A stretch of 64,000 nucleotides of DNA, from positions 44,448 to 108,447 of the forward strand of contig CAJXXR010000002.1 of assembly GCA_913063375.1 (NCBI GenBank), in the 5' to 3' direction. Every line of letters starts with the position of its first letter. The stretch's first letter is position 1. Both the position numbers and the translations under genes were made by a program. The notes under the pieces were generated by a model. That model did no database searches, was not told the DNA's origin, and saw only the letters and a list, made by a program, of their open reading frames with translations. Below are positions 10,631-19,238 of the stretch, piece after piece. This DNA is from an uncultured Flavobacteriales bacterium (GTDB taxonomy: Bacteria; Bacteroidota; Bacteroidia; Flavobacteriales; CAJXXR01).

Positions 10631-11623
10631 TTATTTTATTACCATCAAATTACAACCTCGAATATCGGAATGGTCGAAGCGCCCCATGATTTCAAAAGAG
10701 CCATTTGGGTAAAACGTTCCTAAGTCTTGAGTGGCAATAAAAGCACAAGATTGGATGTTGGCAAGATCAATAATATTGATGGCTCCGTGCTTTTTGCCGG
10801 TTAGCTCTAATGGGTTTTCTGGGTCCCTTGCTAGTACTTTCATCCAAGGAGGACAATTGAAAATACCATGACCTATTGAGTAGGCTTGAGACAATAATTC
10901 GGTCATTCCGTATTCGGAATTTATTAAGGGTAATTTAGTCTGTTTTTTAAGAATTCCGTGAAGTTCATCTCGTATCAATTCTTTTCTACGTCCTTTCATT
11001 CCACCAGTTTCTATTATAGTGGTGTTTTTTAATTCTGAAGGGTAGGCCTCAAAAAAGTCAAGTAAGGCAAAGCTCACGCCAAATAGGATGGTCTTTTTTC
11101 CGGATTTTTCAAGTTGGTCAAGTTTTTCCTTGAGTGCTTTATGCTCGTACAGATAAAATCCACTATCAGGATGTTGAGAAGTCTTGATTAAGTCCTCAAC
11201 CATATATATTAATGAACTGCCTGTTCTTTCTAGGTAAGAAGGAAGTAATGCTAGAATGCAATATTCCGTAGAATTTGGGTAGAATAGTTGGAATGCTTTC
11301 CGGAAGCTTTCAATGTAAATATCGGTATCGTATAGTGGATGCTTACTAGTAATTGATCCAGTGGTCCCACTGCTACTAAAAACAACTTCTGGTTCTCCTT
11401 TTATACAGCTTACGTGGTGTGTTTTGAAAAAGGATATAGGTAGGAATGGGATCTCAGTATACTGTTTCGGTACTAGGTTCTCTTTACCTATATGCGTTAA
11501 ATATTCTTTATATACCGCATTGGCCTTCTTTTGGTAGTGAAATACCTCAATTGCACAAGCGTTGAATTCCTCTTCGGATTCAATATTAAATAGTATGTCG
11601 GTAGAAACGGGAGTTGATTCCAT
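10631..11623 (-). CDS. LuxE/PaaK-like acyl-protein synthetase (acyl transferase)
   Basis: FSSSGTTG, ETGGMKGR, SEYGMTEL, FIATQDLG, RGCN. Confidence 0.85.
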   Translation of the reverse strand: MESTPVSTDILFNIESEEEFNACAIEVFHYQKKANAVYKEYLTHIGKENLVPKQYTEIPFLPISFFKTHHVSCIKGEPEVVFSSSGTTGSITSKHPLYDTDIYIESFRKAFQLFYPNSTEYCILALLPSYLERTGSSLIYMVEDLIKTSQHPDSGFYLYEHKALKEKLDQLEKSGKKTILFGVSFALLDFFEAYPSELKNTTIIETGGMKGRRKELIRDELHGILKKQTKLPLINSEYGMTELLSQAYSIGHGIFNCPPWMKVLARDPENPLELTGKKHGAINIIDLANIQSCAFIATQDLGTFYPNGSFEIMGRFDHSDIRGCNLMVIK

Positions 11624-11650
11624 AAAAAAAGCAGCCTTATTCAGGCTGCT
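11624..11650 (-). terminator. Intrinsic terminator after the Na/Pi cotransporter
   Basis: agcagcct-gaata-aggctgc followed by T7 on the minus strand. Confidence 0.75.
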
Positions 11651-11694
11651 AATTTAATTGTTTTGACTTAGAATTCTAAATTTGAATTCCTTCT

Positions 11695-13362
11695 TTATTT
11701 TAAACCAACAATTGCTTCAGTTACATTTATGATGTGGTCTCCTACTTTTTCTAATGAATGTAGTAGATCATTATAGATAAGTGCAGTGTCAATTTTATAA
11801 TCTCCAGCTTGAAGATTTTTCAAGTGTGCTGATCTCAGTTCATTTCTCAACTCGTTGATCTCTTCTTCCGCTTCTTTAGCTTGTTTTAGACTAACATTCG
11901 CATATGGTGAGTTCAAGTTGCTTGTCATTATATTCATAGCGACATTTACCTTTTGGATCATAGATTCGATGTTCTTTCTATTCTCTGGGGTGAAATATGC
12001 TTTGGACTCTCTTCTTCTTTCAAGACTTTTTGACATTTGGTAAACGATATCACCAATTCTCTCAAGATCTCCAACAATACTCAGTAGGCTCCTTGTTCTA
12101 GAAGATGCGGTTTCACTCAATCCTTCTTCAGAAGTTACAGATAAGAAATTTGCAATCTCAATTTCCATTTTATCTGTGATATCCTCATACTTATGGATGC
12201 GCTTCAGTTTTTTGTTGAATTTTTTATCTTCTGTTTCAACTAATAATTCTGGAAGCATATCGTACAATCGTTGTGTGATTTCACCAAAGTGAGAAACTTC
12301 TTTTGTTGCTTCTTCTATTGAAAGTTCGGGAGAAGTGAATACGCCAGTACCGATATGTCTCAAGGTAAATATTTCATCATCATCACCTTTTGATTTAACT
12401 GATTTGATAGCCATATTTACCAACTGCTTAACAAAGCCAACGCAAAGTAAAACATTGATAAGGTTAAATGCAGTATGGAACATTGCAAGGGCGAATTTAT
12501 TCGTATCTCCACCTGTGGTGTCGGGTAGGAACATTTCTAGAACATCCAAGAACCATGGCATAATAAGAACCATCCAGAGAACCCCTATGATATTAAACAT
12601 TGAGTGGATTCTTGCAGATCGTTTTGCATGGACATTTGCTACCATGGAAGCTAATTCGGCTGTGATGGTTGTTCCGATATTCTCACCAAGAACCATTGCA
12701 GCTGCAATGTCTAGTGGAAGTCCCTGTGTAGTTAAGGTAATGGTTAAGGCCATTGCTGCACTACTTGATTGAACGATTACCGTTAGTAATGTACCAACCC
12801 CAACAAATAACAACCTTGTAAAGAATCCAGGATTCGTAAATTGGTGCAAGAATTCTAGCACCTCTGGATTGTTTTTGATATCTGGGACGGCATTTTTTAA
12901 TTCACCAAGTCCTAAGAATAAAATGGCAAAACCAATGGCAACTTCAGCCCATTTTCTTCTGCTCTGCTTGTTAGCAAACATGAAAGGAAATGCGATACCA
13001 ATAATTGGAAGTGCGTAGTGAGCAACTTTTACTTTAAATCCGATAAGTGAAACTAACCAACCTGTAATTGTGGTACCAATATTGGCTCCCATCATTACAC
13101 CTGCTGATTCTACTAGTGAAATTAATCCGGCATTTACAAAACTAACGGTCATAACCGTAGTTGCAGATGACGATTGTAAGATGGCTGTAATTAAGAATCC
13201 TGTACCTACACCTGTAAATCTGTTGGAGGTCATTTTTCTCAAAACCTGACGCATTTTCGAACCAGCTACTTGCTGTAGTGCGTCACTCATTATCTTCATC
13301 CCGTAGATGAAAAATCCTAATGCTCCAATTACCGTAAGGAGATCCCAGAATCCAAATTCCAT
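11695..13362 (-). CDS. Na/Pi cotransporter family protein (NptA-like) with PhoU-like C-terminal domain
   Basis: Two QSSS repeats, GANIGTT and GENIGTT, C-terminal DLERIGD and LEKVGDH; start set at MEFGFW. Confidence 0.93.
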   Translation of the reverse strand: MEFGFWDLLTVIGALGFFIYGMKIMSDALQQVAGSKMRQVLRKMTSNRFTGVGTGFLITAILQSSSATTVMTVSFVNAGLISLVESAGVMMGANIGTTITGWLVSLIGFKVKVAHYALPIIGIAFPFMFANKQSRRKWAEVAIGFAILFLGLGELKNAVPDIKNNPEVLEFLHQFTNPGFFTRLLFVGVGTLLTVIVQSSSAAMALTITLTTQGLPLDIAAAMVLGENIGTTITAELASMVANVHAKRSARIHSMFNIIGVLWMVLIMPWFLDVLEMFLPDTTGGDTNKFALAMFHTAFNLINVLLCVGFVKQLVNMAIKSVKSKGDDDEIFTLRHIGTGVFTSPELSIEEATKEVSHFGEITQRLYDMLPELLVETEDKKFNKKLKRIHKYEDITDKMEIEIANFLSVTSEEGLSETASSRTRSLLSIVGDLERIGDIVYQMSKSLERRRESKAYFTPENRKNIESMIQKVNVAMNIMTSNLNSPYANVSLKQAKEAEEEINELRNELRSAHLKNLQAGDYKIDTALIYNDLLHSLEKVGDHIINVTEAIVGLK

Positions 13363-13737
13363 GATTTTCGTTTTATTGATTTTCTGAGGCAAAAGTAATT
13401 CAGGATTTTTCGGTTCTGGTTAAGGGGTTATTATGTCTATGTTAACTTAATGTTAACTCGGTGTGCTCTTAAGGTTTTTTAGGAGATGTGAAATTAAATT
13501 CAATACTAGTGTATTGTCAATGAAATTAGGTGTTTATGAAGTTTTCGCCTTGAAAATGAAAATATACTATGCTTTAAGAAAAGGTTAAGAAAGGGTAATG
13601 TGCTTTGACTGAATGTTAAGACTTTTCATATTTGCACAGCGAAAGTTAAAAGATCGTAAAGGGAATGTGAAAAACCCCTATTCGTTTTTTAATTTAAAAA
13701 GAAGAAGAAAGTATCAAAATTCAGAATTCGAAAAAAA

Positions 13738-14880
13738 ATGTATCAAAATTTGAAACATAGTATCCCTAAAGTATTGTTCACTTTAGTATTTATTTGTGCA
13801 TCTGTTGTGACTGCAAAGGCACAGAGTTTAACAAGTGATAAATTTGGAAAGGGGCTTCGTATGATGGCTGCAGACAGTTCATTTGCTGTGAAGTTTAGTG
13901 CAAGAATGCAAAATAGATATGTAGGGACCTATGTAGGTGAAACAGATCCTTCTTATGTAGAGGAGATGTTTTTGAGAAGAGCTCGTTTTAAATTTGATGG
14001 GTATGCATTGACACCAAAATTGGTGTATAAAATTGAATACGATGCCGTAAATGCAGAGATTCTTGATGCTGTAGTGAAATGGAACTTTACTGGAGATTGG
14101 ACATTGTGGATGGGGCAGACAAAGCTTCCTGGAAATAGAGAACGTGTTATTTCGTCTCAGAAATTACAATTTGTAGATCGTTCACTTTTGAATTCCAAAT
14201 TTACCATAGATCGTGATAAAGGAATTCAACTAAGGACGCATTACAATATGGGGAACATGTTGGTTAGACATATTGGATCTATTTCTTTGGGTGAAGGGAA
14301 GAATTATACAGGGAAAAGTGAAGGAAGAGATTATACCTATAGATTAGAATTATTGCCTTTTGGGAAATTTACGAGTAAAGGGGATTATTTCGGAGCAGAT
14401 TTGAAAAGAGAAGAGGACCCAAAGTTAGCGTTTGGCCTTACGTATGATTATAATGATAATGCTGTAAGAGCAAGAGGGCAGAAAGGTGACTTCATGTCTG
14501 AGTCGAGAGATTTGGAAACGATTTTTGCTGATATGATGTTTAAGTATCAAGGTTTTTCATTCATGGCTGAATATGCGAATAGAAAGGTGAATGAAGGTTC
14601 TGTATATATTGCTGCGGATGAGGCTTCGTATTACACAGGAGAATCAATAAACGCAAGTCTTGGTTATCTTTGTGATGATAATTGGGAGCTTGCTGCTAGG
14701 TATACGGGGGTTACTCCTGAAAGTGCTACTGGGAATAATGAACTTACAGAGTATACATTGGGTGTATCAAAGTATGTCGTTGGTCACAGTTTGAAGGTGC
14801 AGTCTGACTTCACATTGAAAGAGGAAGAAGGTAAAGATGATGCATTTATTTTTAGACTTCAATTAGAAGTGTCACTTTAA
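13738..14880 (+). CDS. Phosphate-selective porin (OprO/OprP family)
   Basis: Signal peptide, FLRRARFKFDG, GQTKLPGNRERVISS, LQFVDRS, C-terminal FRLQLEVSL; divergent from the Pi transporter. Confidence 0.85.
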   Translation: MYQNLKHSIPKVLFTLVFICASVVTAKAQSLTSDKFGKGLRMMAADSSFAVKFSARMQNRYVGTYVGETDPSYVEEMFLRRARFKFDGYALTPKLVYKIEYDAVNAEILDAVVKWNFTGDWTLWMGQTKLPGNRERVISSQKLQFVDRSLLNSKFTIDRDKGIQLRTHYNMGNMLVRHIGSISLGEGKNYTGKSEGRDYTYRLELLPFGKFTSKGDYFGADLKREEDPKLAFGLTYDYNDNAVRARGQKGDFMSESRDLETIFADMMFKYQGFSFMAEYANRKVNEGSVYIAADEASYYTGESINASLGYLCDDNWELAARYTGVTPESATGNNELTEYTLGVSKYVVGHSLKVQSDFTLKEEEGKDDAFIFRLQLEVSL

Positions 14881-14915
14881 TTTTTTTTTTACCAAAAAGA
14901 TATTTGCAACTAAGT

Positions 14916-14968
14916 ATGGTAAAGTATTTTTCGGCTATTTTTGTCGGGAAATACTTTACTCATTTTTG
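14916..14968 (+). terminator. Long hairpin, likely terminator of the porin gene
   Basis: gtaaagtatttttcggc / gtcgggaaatactttac; all three mismatches are G-U pairs in the + strand RNA; followed by a T-rich tract. Confidence 0.65.
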
Positions 14969-14998
14969 GGCATTGCCTAAATAGTTTAACTCGGTATT

Positions 14999-15778
14999 AT
15001 GAAAGCATTTTTTGGAGAGCTGATAGGGACATTTATATTGGTATTTATGGGGACAGCTTCTGTAGCGTTGGCTATTAGCGGAGAAGCTTTTTCTGGTTTG
15101 TTTCAAATTGCATGCGTTTGGGGCTTGGCAGTTTTTTTGGGTATTGTAGCTTCTGCAAAATTGTCAGATAGCCACCTAAATCCTGCTGTATCTGTAGCGA
15201 TGTTGATGGCTAAGAATATTTCAAAAAATGCTTTTGGTAAATATATTTCAGGTCAATTGGTGGGCGCCTTGATTGCTGGATTGGGCGTGTACTTTTTCTT
15301 TGGAGATAGTTTGGCTTTGGTTGAATTGAAGAAAGGAATACTTCGTGGAGCGGAAGGTTCTCATTATACTGCGGCAGCTTTTGGAGAGTTTTTTCCAAAT
15401 CCTGGATTTGAAGGGAAGATTGTTGCAGGACATGGAACGGCATTTGCAGCTGAATTTTTGGGTACCTTTTTGCTGGTGCTTGGGATATTTGGGATTGTAG
15501 AAAAGTTCCCTAGCGATAATCTGTTAGCGCCTATGTTTATTGGTTCGTTGGTAACACTGATTATTTGTATCATTGCACCAATAAGTCAAGCAGGATTGAA
15601 TCCAGCGAGAGATTTGATGCCTAGGCTAGTTGCTTATTTCGTGGGCTGGGGAGATGCTGCTTTTCCACCTGCAAAATATATGGCTGTAACGGTATATGTT
15701 ATAGCTCCTATTTTTGGTGGGATGTGTGCATTTTGGTTAAAGACCTTTTTCAGTAAATTGATCTCTGATAGCGAGTAA
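14999..15778 (+). CDS. MIP family channel, aquaglyceroporin (GlpF-like)
   Basis: SHLNPAVS and AGLNPARD motifs; NPARD is typical of glycerol facilitators. Confidence 0.9.
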   Translation: MKAFFGELIGTFILVFMGTASVALAISGEAFSGLFQIACVWGLAVFLGIVASAKLSDSHLNPAVSVAMLMAKNISKNAFGKYISGQLVGALIAGLGVYFFFGDSLALVELKKGILRGAEGSHYTAAAFGEFFPNPGFEGKIVAGHGTAFAAEFLGTFLLVLGIFGIVEKFPSDNLLAPMFIGSLVTLIICIIAPISQAGLNPARDLMPRLVAYFVGWGDAAFPPAKYMAVTVYVIAPIFGGMCAFWLKTFFSKLISDSE

Positions 15779-16471
15779 TTCTCCTACCAGGTCGGGGTTG
15801 GTTTCCAGCGCATTTCCAATTACAACAATATTTGCTCCATTCTCATAGGCTTGTCTTAATTGTTCCGGGGTATTGATTCCGCCACCGATGATTAATGGAA
15901 TGCTAGTATTTTGGTGAACTGCACGAATCATTTCTGGCTTTATAGGTTGAGATGCGCCACTTCCTGCATCCATAAAAATACAGGATAAACCTAGCATTTC
16001 TCCTGCCATTGCTGTAGCTACTGCTATAGCGTTTTTCTCTCTTGGAATTGGCATTGTATTACTCATATAACCAACGGATGAAGTATGTCCATTTTCTATA
16101 AGCATATATCCAGTTGAGATCGTTTTGAGCCCTTTTTCTTTGATAAGTGGTGCAGATAGAACTTGATGACCGATTAATAGTTCAGGGTTTCTGCCCGAGA
16201 TAAGGCTCATGAACAGCATGGCGTCAGCTTGCTTGCTAATTTGTAAAGCGCTTCCAGGGAAGAGTACTACTGGAGTGTTTGTGAGATCTCTTATGAAGGA
16301 TATGGTTTCGTCTAGTTTATCATTCGTATGAATGCTTCCACCGATGAAAATATAATCCGCCTTAGCATTATGAGCGTTTAGGATAGTTCTCCTAAGTTTA
16401 TCGAGATCCGTTTTCCCCGGGTCTATTAAAACGGCAAATTCTTTATTATTTCTGTTAAACGTTATATTCAT
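15737..16471 (-). CDS. Geranylgeranylglyceryl/heptaprenylglyceryl phosphate synthase family protein
   Basis: VLIDPGK, IFIGGS, VVLFPGS, SLISGRNPELLIG, MDAGSGA, IIGGGI. Confidence 0.92.
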   Translation of the reverse strand: MNITFNRNNKEFAVLIDPGKTDLDKLRRTILNAHNAKADYIFIGGSIHTNDKLDETISFIRDLTNTPVVLFPGSALQISKQADAMLFMSLISGRNPELLIGHQVLSAPLIKEKGLKTISTGYMLIENGHTSSVGYMSNTMPIPREKNAIAVATAMAGEMLGLSCIFMDAGSGASQPIKPEMIRAVHQNTSIPLIIGGGINTPEQLRQAYENGANIVVIGNALETNPDLVGELLAIRDQFTEKGL

Positions 16472-16498
16472 TTAAAGCCTGCATTTTCTTGTTATGAG

Positions 16499-17128
16499 CT
16501 ATTGGATATTATGGCAAAACGATAGGTAAAGCTGATCAATTCTTATAGAATACAATGTAAAGATTTCTGACCGATATGTGGCTATCCAGTTTTTGTTTTT
16601 TTCAATTTCAAATTGAGAGCCGTCTATTTCTGTGAATATCGTTCCAGGAACGGCAATTGTTTTATAAATGGCCTCTTTGGCTGTCCATAGGTAGTGTAGG
16701 AATTCCATTTTTAGCGCCTCTGGTTTAGGGTTCAATTTCTCAATTTCTAGAGGATGCGTGAATTTGCTTTGAATATTTTTGATTTTGTCTTTATGGTATT
16801 GGATGTCTATCCCTATTTCTGTAGAGGCGGATAGTGCAATCGCTACATAGTTGTCCGAATGGCTAATGCTGATCTTTGATTGGTTGCTTAAAGAAGGCTT
16901 ACCATGTTCGTTGTATACCAGGGAAATGTTCTCCTTCGGATGTAGGACTTTTAAAAGATACCGAACAGCTAACCATTCTTTTTTTCGCTTTTTTGAAGTA
17001 AAGCTGTTGAGTTTGTTGAGCTCTTGGCTATTCAACTTGACTTGACTCAAAAGTTCGTCCGAGTTTTTTTCGTACTGATATAGATGGAATGAACCATTGT
17101 CATTCTTGTAGTTGAGCAGTTCTTGCAT
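16499..17128 (-). CDS. 4'-phosphopantetheinyl transferase family protein
   Basis: GKP..ISISHS, IGIDIQ, WTAKEAIYK. Confidence 0.9.
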   Translation of the reverse strand: MQELLNYKNDNGSFHLYQYEKNSDELLSQVKLNSQELNKLNSFTSKKRKKEWLAVRYLLKVLHPKENISLVYNEHGKPSLSNQSKISISHSDNYVAIALSASTEIGIDIQYHKDKIKNIQSKFTHPLEIEKLNPKPEALKMEFLHYLWTAKEAIYKTIAVPGTIFTEIDGSQFEIEKNKNWIATYRSEIFTLYSIRIDQLYLSFCHNIQ

Positions 17129-17273
17129 CTTTGAGCTTAGCTAATTGATATAAAATATTCGTTCATAATCATTTATGCCTAAAGGGAAATGGTGGGTGCT
17201 ACAATTTAGGGGTTAAAATGTACTTATTTCTACCTTTAATTATGTAATTTTGCACAAAAATAAATGCTTTTTT

Positions 17274-18590
17274 ATGGATACAGCAACAGAAAAAGGTCTT
17301 CGTTATAAAGTTAGAGATATTTCTTTAGCAGAATGGGGAAGAATGGAAATAGAGTTGGCAGAGGCAGAGATGCCAGGTTTGATGGCTATTAGAGAGGAGT
17401 ATAGAGGGGAGAAACCTTTAGCAGGTTCTAGAATCGCCGGATGTCTTCACATGACTATTCAAACTGCTGTTCTTATTGAAACTTTGGTAGATCTAGGAGC
17501 GGATGTTCAGTGGTCTTCTTGTAATATATTTTCAACACAAGATCATGCTGCTGCTGCAATTGCTGCTACAGGAGTTCCTGTTTTTGCCTGGAAAGGTATG
17601 AATGAAGAGGAATTTGATTGGTGTATTGAGCAAACATTATTCTTTGGTGAGGATAAGAAACCGTTGAATCTAATTTTGGATGATGGTGGTGATCTAACCA
17701 ATATGGTATTTGATAGATTCCCTGAGTTAACAGAAGGTATTAAAGGACTGTCTGAAGAAACGACTACAGGTGTTCATAGATTGGTGGAGCGTCAAAAGAA
17801 CGGGACATTGGTTATGCCTGCTATCAATGTAAACGATTCAGTGACTAAGTCTAAGTTTGATAATAAATACGGTTGTAGAGAGTCTGCGGTAGATGCAGTA
17901 CGTAGAGCAACTGATTTAATGTTGGCTGGTAAGGTTGTAGTAGTAGCTGGATACGGAGATGTAGGTAAAGGAACTGCTGCTTCTTTTAGTGGTGCTGGAG
18001 CTAGAGTAATTGTTACTGAAATTGATCCAATTTGTGCTTTGCAAGCTGCAATGGATGGTTTTGAAGTTCGTAAGATGGATAACGTTATCGGACGTGCAGA
18101 TATAGTAATCACAACTACAGGGAATAAAGATATCGTTGCTTCTAGGCACTTTTTGGCAATGAAAGATAAGTGTGTGGTTTGTAATATCGGTCACTTCGAC
18201 AATGAAATCCAAATGGGATGGTTGAATGATAATTACGGAGATTCAAAACGTGAGGTTAAGCCTCAAGTAGATAAATACGTGATTAATGGTAAAGACATTA
18301 TTGTATTGGCTGAAGGTAGATTGGTAAACCTTGGTTGTGCAACTGGTCACCCATCATTTGTTATGTCAAATTCATTTTCTAACCAGACCTTGGCGCAAAT
18401 TGAATTGTGGAAAAATTCTGGAAATTACAAGAATGAAGTATATACTTTGCCTAAGTACTTGGATGAGAAAGTTGCAAAACTTCACCTTGCTAAGGTAGGT
18501 GCTGAGTTGGAAACATTATCCGAAGATCAAGCAAGTTATATTGGTGTAGAAGTTGAAGGCCCATATAAGCCTGAGCACTACAGATACTAA
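17274..18590 (+). CDS. ahcY: Adenosylhomocysteinase
   Basis: [43 protein letters not shown]; TAATTTTG promoter element at 17245 supports the ATG at 17274. Confidence 0.98.
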   Translation: MDTATEKGLRYKVRDISLAEWGRMEIELAEAEMPGLMAIREEYRGEKPLAGSRIAGCLHMTIQTAVLIETLVDLGADVQWSSCNIFSTQDHAAAAIAATGVPVFAWKGMNEEEFDWCIEQTLFFGEDKKPLNLILDDGGDLTNMVFDRFPELTEGIKGLSEETTTGVHRLVERQKNGTLVMPAINVNDSVTKSKFDNKYGCRESAVDAVRRATDLMLAGKVVVVAGYGDVGKGTAASFSGAGARVIVTEIDPICALQAAMDGFEVRKMDNVIGRADIVITTTGNKDIVASRHFLAMKDKCVVCNIGHFDNEIQMGWLNDNYGDSKREVKPQVDKYVINGKDIIVLAEGRLVNLGCATGHPSFVMSNSFSNQTLAQIELWKNSGNYKNEVYTLPKYLDEKVAKLHLAKVGAELETLSEDQASYIGVEVEGPYKPEHYRY

Positions 18591-18613
18591 GAAATACAAT
18601 TTCTTTTATATAT

Positions 18614-18649
18614 TAAAAAAAGCCCTTCGAACTTCGAAGGGCTTTTTTT
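18614..18649. terminator. Bidirectional intrinsic terminator
   Basis: aaaaaaagcccttcgaa-c-ttcgaagggctttttt between convergent genes. Confidence 0.9.
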
Positions 18650-19076
18650 AGTTCCATATAGTTAGGCTTGTGCCGTCATAATAACTGGGGTATCTTTTTA
18701 ATCCATAAGGGGCAGGGCCATCCCAGTTTTCGCCAGTACTAAGTAGGAAGATAGATCCGCAGCACTCATCTTTGGCAGTGAATCCTCCTTCATTTTCTAT
18801 CTCAATTTGCTCACATGGGTTGGTGGGGTCGTATGTGCAGGCTCTATCGTATACCATGAATTCATTGGTAGACCTCCTATAGATAATTAATCCATTTACG
18901 CCACCATTGAGCGTCATGCTCCCACCAACAGCTCCCAAAGCATAGTACGATCCAGTGCCTGGATAGATTGTTAAGTTTATAGAGACGTTAGGAAATTTAT
19001 CTGATTCGTCTTTAGAGCAACTACTTATTATTAATATAGTTAGCAGTAGGTTGAGCTTTAAAAGCACTCTTTTCAT
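18648..19076 (-). CDS. Lipoprotein with a Rieske-like fold signature
   Basis: Lipobox ISSC; YDRACTY...ECCGSIF..TG..GPA..L..Y resembles Rieske ferredoxins; start MKRVLL. Confidence 0.65.
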   Translation of the reverse strand: MKRVLLKLNLLLTILIISSCSKDESDKFPNVSINLTIYPGTGSYYALGAVGGSMTLNGGVNGLIIYRRSTNEFMVYDRACTYDPTNPCEQIEIENEGGFTAKDECCGSIFLLSTGENWDGPAPYGLKRYPSYYDGTSLTIWN

Positions 19077-19168
19077 AAGGCTTTGATATTGTGATAGTTT
19101 AACAGTATAAAACACTGGATTATTGCCAAATATATGTAAAAAAAGGTTAAAATTTTGTTAAAAAAGGC

Positions 19169-19199
19169 TTTGCTAGTCGCCTTCCATTGTGTAAATTTA
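19169..19199 (+). promoter_or_regulatory. Candidate promoter for the TBDR operon
   Basis: TTTG (19169), 19-bp spacer, TAAATTTA (19192; one mismatch to TAnnTTTG). Confidence 0.45.
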
Positions 19200-19238
19200 C
19201 CCGATTGAAATGTAGAAAATAGATCAAAAAACTCGTGT

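Noticed and set aside
17129-17273. SAH or SAM riboswitch upstream of ahcY
   Set aside because: The promoter element is only about 20 nt from the start codon and no aptamer core is visible.
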